DNA of 64,000 bases from Mobula hypostoma (taxonomy: Eukaryota), in contig NC_086097.1 in NCBI RefSeq assembly GCF_963921235.1, positions 76,076,001 to 76,140,000 on the forward strand, in the 5' to 3' direction. Under the pieces are notes generated by a model. It was not told the DNA's origin. It saw nothing but the letters and a program-made list of their open reading frames with translations, and ran no database searches. The translations under genes and the position numbers were made by a program. Each line of letters opens with the position of its first letter. Position 1 is the stretch's first letter. Shown piece by piece: positions 52,601-61,600 of this stretch.

Positions 52601-55600
52601 CCCCTTATCCTAAGTATGTCCTTTCTCTTTATTTATCTCTGATAATGGAAAACATGTCCTGCATACTAACTGATCTACACCCCTCAATTTTATATGTCTT
52701 AATCATGTTCCCTCTAACCTCCTCTGTCCAGAGAATCATACCTAGTCTCTCCAGTCTCTCCTCAAATCTGCCACATCCATCACAGGCAACATCCTGGTGA
52801 ATTTTCTTGGTGCCTTCGCCAGTGTTATAACATTCTTTTTCTATAATATGGTGCCTAAGGATTTTCACAAGTGTCTTGTAATGTAAAATTCATAATGTAA
52901 TATAATCCTGTTTTCTCTTCATCTTTATCCTTTCCAAGGGAATTCTATGTATCAGGCAGTTTGCATTTAAAATCTGTTTTGTTAAGTGTTCATTTATTTA
53001 GAATTATCATTGTTTGATTGCAAACAGTATCCATACTTGGCTTTCTGAAAAACAATGATCAGACATTCATGGAATGCTCTTTTGCAAATTTTATTGAACC
53101 AATCAATCATCTTCTTGTCGTTTTGCTTGTGTAACAATATTAATATCAGACCAAAAATAATCGTGATCAGTAAATTTTATAATGTTTGACAGCTGAAATT
53201 CTTTGTCACAATTTTGTTTCTTCTGATATTACTTTAAACCTTACTCTGATTTCTGAATCTCATGCATGTCAACTTTAATAGAGGAAAAAAAAATGAGTGT
53301 AACACTAATATTCTGGAATAATCTTTATACCATCTTATGAAATCTGTCAGATAAAGTTGTATCTTGCATCATTAATATAGTCCTGCATCCTGTTGAATTA
53401 CATGAAGTAAAGGCAGACTGTCACTTACCACCAAGCTGATAATTTTGCTTTCCCATCTAGTTCTTGTCCCACCACATCCCACAAAAATATAATTAGGAAT
53501 TCATGAACTTTCTGAGTCGGACCTTAAGAAGGCCAACATCCTTCATACTTTTAAAAATATGGAAACTAGTTTCCCAATTAATTTATCAATTTCGATGACA
53601 ATTTAATTTGCTGGTCTATATTAATGTTTCAATATTTTTGACTTTTGAAGTTGAAATTGCCCTTGTAAAATTTGCAAAGTGAAAATTACTTCCTCTTCAC
53701 AGGCGATCACTCAGACACAATATAGCTTTGGAATTATTACCCAGTGGCTTTCTTAGCCAGAATTGTACACCATCATCTGTTGGAACCAAGAGGAATGATG
53801 GTAAAAATGAAGTTTACAAGTCTATTTTTAAAGCAGTTGTTCAGTGTCATTTAGTGTCTGGTGTAAACCCATGCTTTTTATCAAGTAAGATGATGAAGAG
53901 AGTATAATACAAATTTTAATGCTGTTTCAAAGGATTTGCAGAAAATAGTCATTTTGTCCTTCTGGCCTGTTGTCTGGCCAGTTTCTATTTCCCAACCAAT
54001 TGTCTTTACAAAACTCTAGTTTCTTCCTTAAACTGTTGAGATCCTACTTAATTCTTGCTACTTTGACCAAGGTTTCTCCCATTATCGCCTTGTATGGTTG
54101 TCAAATTTTGTTGGTAATATTTTATCACACCTTTTAATTTGTTAAAGGCTGGGTGTCCTGAAAAAAGTGACATTCCTCAGACACCCAGAGTCTTTCCATC
54201 CATCTATAATATATACATATGTCAGTGTAATGAAATATTCTTTGCTGAGATAACAGCAAGTCCAACGATATTCAAAGCTTCACACCATTTGAGGACAAAA
54301 CAGCCACCTAGATTGGCACGCTTATCCACCATGAACTTAATCTGTTCATATCTGCTTTTGTTATAGGCACTTGCTGACCTTTTAAAAATTTTTACGGTAA
54401 TCAGATATGTTTATAATGAACTTAATAAAGCTTTAAAGAGATTAGTTAGATTTATGATGTCATGCACTTGCTTAATTTGTGACAAGATACAATGTGTTTT
54501 TGTTTAAGGTAGCCCTCAAGTGTCGCTGGAATCATTGCAAGGTCCACTGTTGTTATCTACTGGAAGTGCTACAGTTAAGTCATCTGCATCAACTAATCGA
54601 CGAAAAAGTAAAAGACTAGAAAACAAAAGGCTGGAAAGGTATTTATCAAATGCTTGAAACGGTCCCATTAAGTTAATGTTCCTGAGGTTTTTACTAAATT
54701 AATTCACAGATCTGTTTCATATGTATTTGACATGACCTAAAATACAAAGGGAGTGCAGTATAAAAGTGCAAAGTCTTGCTATAATCATCCAGCCATTTAC
54801 AAGGCACCTTAAACATTGTGTGGTTTTGTTTTCCTTATTGAAACAGAGATAAACCTGCAACAGCGGCAGTTCAGAAAACAAATTGTAAATTTGTTGAAAT
54901 AAAGGTATTTACTAATGAGGAAAGGTTGAGTTTTTTGGGTCAATAACTTCTGGATTTGGAGAACGAGTGCAATGTCTGGCAAGGCTTCACAAGGGTAAAT
55001 GCTGAGAGAATATTTTTCTTGTTGGGACAATTTAGAACCAGGTTGCATGGTTTCAGAGGATAGGGGCTACTACATTAAGATAGAAATAAGTTTTTTTTAT
55101 TTGCTAGGCTCCTGGAATTGAAATAGCTTTGTCACATATACGAAGGAAAGGGAAAAGCTTGATGTGTATACTATTTATACACATTAATTCATTACACAAT
55201 GCATTGAAAATACTACAATGTAAAACAATAACAGAGTGCAAAATAAAATGTACCATCTACAGAGAAAGTGTAATGTAGATAGACAATAAGGTGCAAGATC
55301 AGAATGAGTTAGATTGTGAAATCCATGTATAGTGAATAGTAAATAACTTAACACTACAACGCAAAACAATATAGCAAATAATCATTACTTTTTTTTTAAG
55401 AATGTATTTTGACAAGTTAATATACTTTGTTTTATATTTATTCTTTAAAAAAAAACTGTGGGGTAGATTTTTGTAAAGTTGGATTTCCTAAGTCACCTAT
55501 AACATTAGAAGCTCCTGTATTTTCTCCATCTACACCCACTTTCTGTGAATACTCAATACTAATATTTTATTTTGCACTGATCCATATCTCATCTATGTAA

Positions 55601-58600
55601 CAAGGTTCTGACCCAGAAATATGGTCTGCAACTTTTAAGGAAAATTTGGACAAAAGCATGAGAAAAGTGCTGTTGTCGTTTCCAATATAACAATTACATC
55701 CAGAGTCATCCAAGGTCTGTGACAGCTTAAAATATTTAGAAATCATTTGTCTTCCAGGTTGGAATCAGGAAAAACTAGTTGCTTTTCTCCTAAACTTAAT
55801 CGCAAAGAAATTGTCCGTAAGTCCCTGCGTTTGAGATTTAGCCTTGGAAAAGGCAAAGACACAGTAAGTCGACATTGCAATAGTTTAAAATTTGAAATGT
55901 ATTTATAGTTGAATATCCTTCTTCATTTGGAAATGTCACACCCAACCTGATACTGCTACACTTTGAGTTTTTGATTTTTTTTTACTGTGCTGTGAATATG
56001 CACCTTGATGCTCCTTCCTCTGCTATCTTCTCTTCAGTACTTTGACACTGCACTTAAAACGGAAGTATTATTTACATCCCATTTAACATCTTTTGTAAAC
56101 TGTAATCTGCATAATGATGCATGTTTCTATTAGCACCTTCGATTGCTGTTATTTAAAGATTTAATTAAAATTGCTTTGGTGGAAGTTGTGGGATTAAATA
56201 TAGAGCTTCGTTAGATCATATTATTAATGCCATTTTTCACTAATTGAAAAGTAGAACTTAAATGTCAGTCAAATTGTGAAATAAGAACTTGTCTGCAGTT
56301 TTATAGCGTTGTCTTTCAGTTGGTTTATTTTGTCTGATTATAGCAGTAAAATGAAACAGCTTGCCATTTTTGATTTTGTTTTCCTGGCTAATCACCCTCC
56401 CTCCATATTACACCACTCTTCATACAAACTTGTTCCTTTTGCCTACAAATACTCAGTGTTTTGCTGTGCTGTTTTGAGGTCCATCAACCTTTACTGACAG
56501 CACAGTAAGAAAAGATGGCATATTATTTACAACAAAACTTTAACTAACACATGTTGAAATAATTTGAACTCAGAAAATAAAGGTCTAGATGGTTGAAGGG
56601 AATTGCCAGAATTTTAAGATAGATTACTTGATTAGTTGAAGATTTTCTCAGCTATTGGAAACTACTGGAGGTTTTGAGGCATCGCAAATCTCCTGGTTAT
56701 TAACTAAAAATTTGAGTTTTTAATCTTATGTAATTAAAACTTGGTGAAATCATAGTTTGCCAAAATAGGCATGTTTTTGGAGTATGTGCCCTCACACAAA
56801 AAGTTCTATAATCCAAGAATTGAAATACAAGTTTATATGATGAACTGGCAACAAATATCTCTGAACCCAATTCTGGGTTTATTTGTACATGCTTGGCCAT
56901 CAAAAGCTAATGTCCAAATTACTCTAACAACAAGAACTTTTAACTTTTTCATTATAACTCAGTCTGGATCAAAATATCCTTTTGTGTATTAATGTAAATT
57001 ACAATTCTGTTTTATTGGTTTACATGTTCAATGTTTGACATGGCAACTAAAACTTTGACAAACTGCCATAGACGTGTGGCACAGATTACATAGACTGGTT
57101 GCATCACAGCCTGGTGTAGAAACACCAATGCCTTTGAATAGAAAATCCTACAAAAAGTAGTGGATACAGCCCAGCACATCATGGGTAAAGTCCTCCCAGC
57201 TGTTGAGCAAATCTACATGGTGTGCTGTTGCGGGAAAGTCATACTCTTCTCACTCCTGCTGCCGTAAGGAAGGAGGAGCCTCAGGAACCACACTACCAGA
57301 TTCAGGAACAGATAATACCTCTTAACTACCAGATCCTTGGCCAGTGGGGATAACTTCACTCAACTTCACCTGTCCCGTCACTGAACTGTTCCCACAAACT
57401 ATGGATTCTCTTTCAAGCACTTTTCATCTCATGTTCTTGATATTTATTGCTTATTTATTATATTTAGTAGTTTTTTTGTATTTGCAGTTTGTTGTCTTTT
57501 GCACATTGTCTGTCCTGTTGAGTGTAGTCTTTCATTGACTCTATGGTTTCTTGGATTTATTGTGTATGCTTGCAAGGAAATGAATCTCAAGGTTGTATAT
57601 GGTGACAAATATGTACTTTGGTAATAAATTTACTTTGAACAAGGTAATTTGAACCTATTGTCTCAAATCAAGTTTTCTTTTCACATTTTTATGCTTCTTT
57701 GCAGAATACCTTCTCCTTTGGAGTCCCAGCACCAAATGGTTCAGAAAACATTGGCTGCCGACTTGCAAATCAAGGTGAAGGTCACAGCCACAACTGGTTC
57801 TCAGTTGATCCCCCATTTACCTCAGATGAGAAGGACAGTAGTGCAAAGGGTAAATATTAATAATGTTCTGCTATTTAATAAGCCACTTCTATCCACACAA
57901 CATGCATTTTAAGAATATCATGTTCAAACTATATAAATGGAAAATATGTGATTGCAGAGAAGTGGTTCTAAATGTTGCTATTATACACAAGTCCCAGAAC
58001 TGTATATTAGCATCTTGTAGCTCCCAGATTTAAATGTTGCTTTTTTTGCCAAAATAACTGCAAAGAATTCAGACTTAAAGTAGTAAACTAACAAATTACT
58101 TCTCCATTTGCTTTTTATGGTAATTGAAGAATAATGGAAAATAGGAATTGATGTTGAAAATATTGCTTAATATGAGAGAGCAATAAATGTTAAGAATATC
58201 TATTCCTCCATCTTTTGAACTAACTCATTTTTCAGACCAAAACTAGATGATCTTTGGTTAAAAAGGTTCATTAACCAGTTACTGATATGTGTATATTTGA
58301 AATATAAAGATGAACAACCTTTCTTGACTTTCGTACTCAGTTACAATTTAATAAAGAAAAATTCAAATTGAAAGCGTATAGGGGGAACAGCACCCCATAC
58401 TTTATAAGTAACCTATAAAACCTCACAATACTTGTCTTTTTTTGTGTTTGTGATAGCATTACATTCATCAAAACCACAGTAGCATAGCGGGTGGCACGAT
58501 GCTTTTACACCTCAATGCATTCCAGAGTTCAATTCCCGCTCCACCTGTACCTCCTTCCTGTCGAATGCATGGGTTTTTTCTGGGTACTCCAGTTTCCGTC

Positions 58601-61600
58601 CGCAGTTCAAAGATGTACTGGTCAGTTAATTGGTCATTGTAAGTTGCCCCATGATTAGGCTAGGGTTAAATCAGGGGTTACTGGGTGGCACGACTCGAGG
58701 GCCTCTTCTGGGCTGTAACTCAATAAATAAATAATCCAACACGCTTTCCACTGGATTGAAGATAACCTGATGGGATAAATGGAACTGTTCCCTTAAGGTG
58801 CCTACACTCCAAAGCTACGGTCATCCTAACCTGAGTAGTAAAGGTTCATTATGCAGACAAACATTGCTCAAAGCTCATGGCCTTCTAGAGAACAGTGATC
58901 CCTGCCCATGTATACAAGCGTTAAGACTTGAATAGCTTAAAGTGGAAAGGATGCTGCAAATATTTCTCCTCAAAATAAACAAACTCGACGGCAAATTCTT
59001 GAAATTGACACTGTATCAACAACGCATTCTCAGACAGATGGAGTAAACTTGAGGTTTGCCCTCAAAGACATTTTGGGAAGGGGGGGGAATGTTTATTAAA
59101 GCTTGCAAAATAATCTCGACCATCTGGGGAAAAAATGGGCTGAAAAATGGCAGATGGAATTTAATGCAGACAATTGTGAGGAGTTGCAGTTTGGGAGGAC
59201 AAACCAGGGTAAGGTTCACACAGTGACTGGTAGGGCATTAAGGAGTGTGGTAGAACAGAGATCTGGGAATGTAGATCCATAACTCCTTGAAAGTGACAAC
59301 ACAGGTAGCTACACAGAGAGCTTTTGACAAGTTGGCTTTCATAATGCAGAGTATTGAGTATAGGAGATTGTGTAGTGTTCTCGTGCAGTGTGTTGAAACT
59401 CTTGATTAAAGACCAAGTTAAACCGGAGCCAATGAAGACAGTCGTAGTAAGGTTAACCATTTACTCTTCACTCTTCCACATTAACATCGTATGGTGAAAA
59501 CTGTTGATTTAAAAAAAGAATACAAACATATACAGCATCTGTTTCATTCTGGAGACCACACGTGCTCTCTTTTAGCGAGTGTCTCCAGCTGCCCCGAGTA
59601 GCGGGCGAGAGGGGGTCCCGTCAAACCGCCATCGGGCTCGAGCCGACCCCGCGTTTGAAATTGAAAAGGCGGCACACATGCCGCCCCAACCGCCACTTCC
59701 TTAACAGAAACCGCGTTAATATTTTTACTTCAAACACATTCTTACGAACTTACAGCGTTGCTTCTACAATGTTTCCTCGTGGGTAGAAACGGAGCTCTTC
59801 ACGGTCATGCTGCACGCATGGCACCCACCTTCACACCTCCGAACCGGAGGTTACACATAAGACGCGGCAAAACTGGAGGTGGCGTCATCACATGCCGCGA
59901 TATACCATAGACAATGAATTTACCCTTGTTAAACTGTAACTTAATTATTAACCTTTAACTAGAAAGTAATTACAAACAAATCATTTAAAATGTAGACCCA
60001 ACAAAGTCAAATAAATGCCTTAAGGGCAACACAGATAGGATGTTATGTTGAATGAGACTTTTGAGGCCAAATTTGGAGTAATGTGTGCAGTTCTGGTCAC
60101 CTACGTACAGGAAAGATTTCAATAAGATTGAAAGAGTACAGAGAAAATTTACAAGGATGTTGCCAGAACATGAGGATTTGAGTTAGGGAAAAGTTGAATG
60201 GGTTAGGACTTGACTCCCTGGAGTGTAGGTGAATGAGGGGAGATTTGATAGAAGTATACAAAATTATATGGGGCATAGATAGGTAAATTTTCCCTTCAGG
60301 TTGGATGAGAATAGAACTAGAGGTCCTATGTTTGAGTAAAAAGGGAATTTGAGGGGTAGCTTCACTCAGAGGATGGTACAAGTGTGTGGAATGAGCTGCC
60401 AGTTTGGTTAAGTGCATGGATGGGAGGATTATGGAGGGCTATAGTCCAGGTGCGGGTTGATGGAACTTGCAAAGTAACATTTTGGCATGAGCTAGATGGG
60501 TCAAAGAGCCTGTTTCTGTGTTGTAGTGTTCTATGACTTTCTAACTAACTTTAAAAGCGAGATATTGAAACAACCAGTGATCCAGAAAATCTGCCAGACT
60601 ATTGGACTTTTGTTCTATCCAGTCAGTCAGCCCATCAAATACTGTACCTCCTACCCAAATGTGGATGAATTTGTGGTTACATCGTTAACCTCAGAACTCT
60701 CAGCACAAGAGTGGAAACAAATCATTCTTTATCAGCAGGCACTGCCAAAGAAGAAAATGGTGGCCAGCGCGTGGCTTGAATTCCATGTGTGCTGAGGTAA
60801 AAATAAAACCTGATTTTATTGAATTACAAATAGGTGCAAGCTGCTTAACAGCCGCTTCTTTAGAGCTGATAAGTCTGTATTCCTGTGGAATAGATGGCAA
60901 AGCACAAGAAAACATACTTGCACTAACCACTGTATATTCTGCTAAATAAACAAAGGCCTGAGAGATATCCTGCTGTCTTGTAGAAAATTAAGTTGCTCAT
61001 GCTATCAGGAGAGGAGGAGGAAAAGTGATGCCTTCCCTCATGAATACGAGTTCCTCTGTTCTCATACCTATCTTAGTTTCAAGTCACTGATGTGCTTCAT
61101 AAGACGGTAACTTTCAAAGTTAACAGTGTTAGTTCTCTGCTTCATTTTGTACTGATTTGAAATTGATTTTGTTTATTCTATTTATTTCCTTTTCAGGTTG
61201 GAAGCGCAGAAGTAAATCAGAAGAAAATCTTATTTCTCCAGTGTGCAAAAATGATTCTCATCGAAAATCTTGGAATTGTGCTAGTCCTACAGAGTCCCTA
61301 ATAACATGTGACCATTTGGAAGTGGGAACCACATTAGAGAGTTATCTAAATTCCAGAAGCTGTCGATCAGAACCTGCACTAATTGTAGGAAAGCCACCTG
61401 CTGTACCAGGGGAATTGCACAATCGGAATGTTGCTCAGAACAACAGCATCAAAAAAAGTGGTGGTTCTTTAAACGAGGATGGTCAGACTGGAGAAACTGT
61501 ATTGAAAATTAAAAAAGCATTTTCTGAATCAGGATGTAACCTCTGTTCATTGATTGCTGGCCACAAATGTTCCACTGGAAATGAGTTATGTGGAAATAAT

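Noticed and set aside
61157..61196. Hydrophobic 'signal peptide' [13 protein letters not shown] at the start of the 573-aa ORF
   Set aside because: This is the translated polypyrimidine tract and splice acceptor with a TTG start, not protein.
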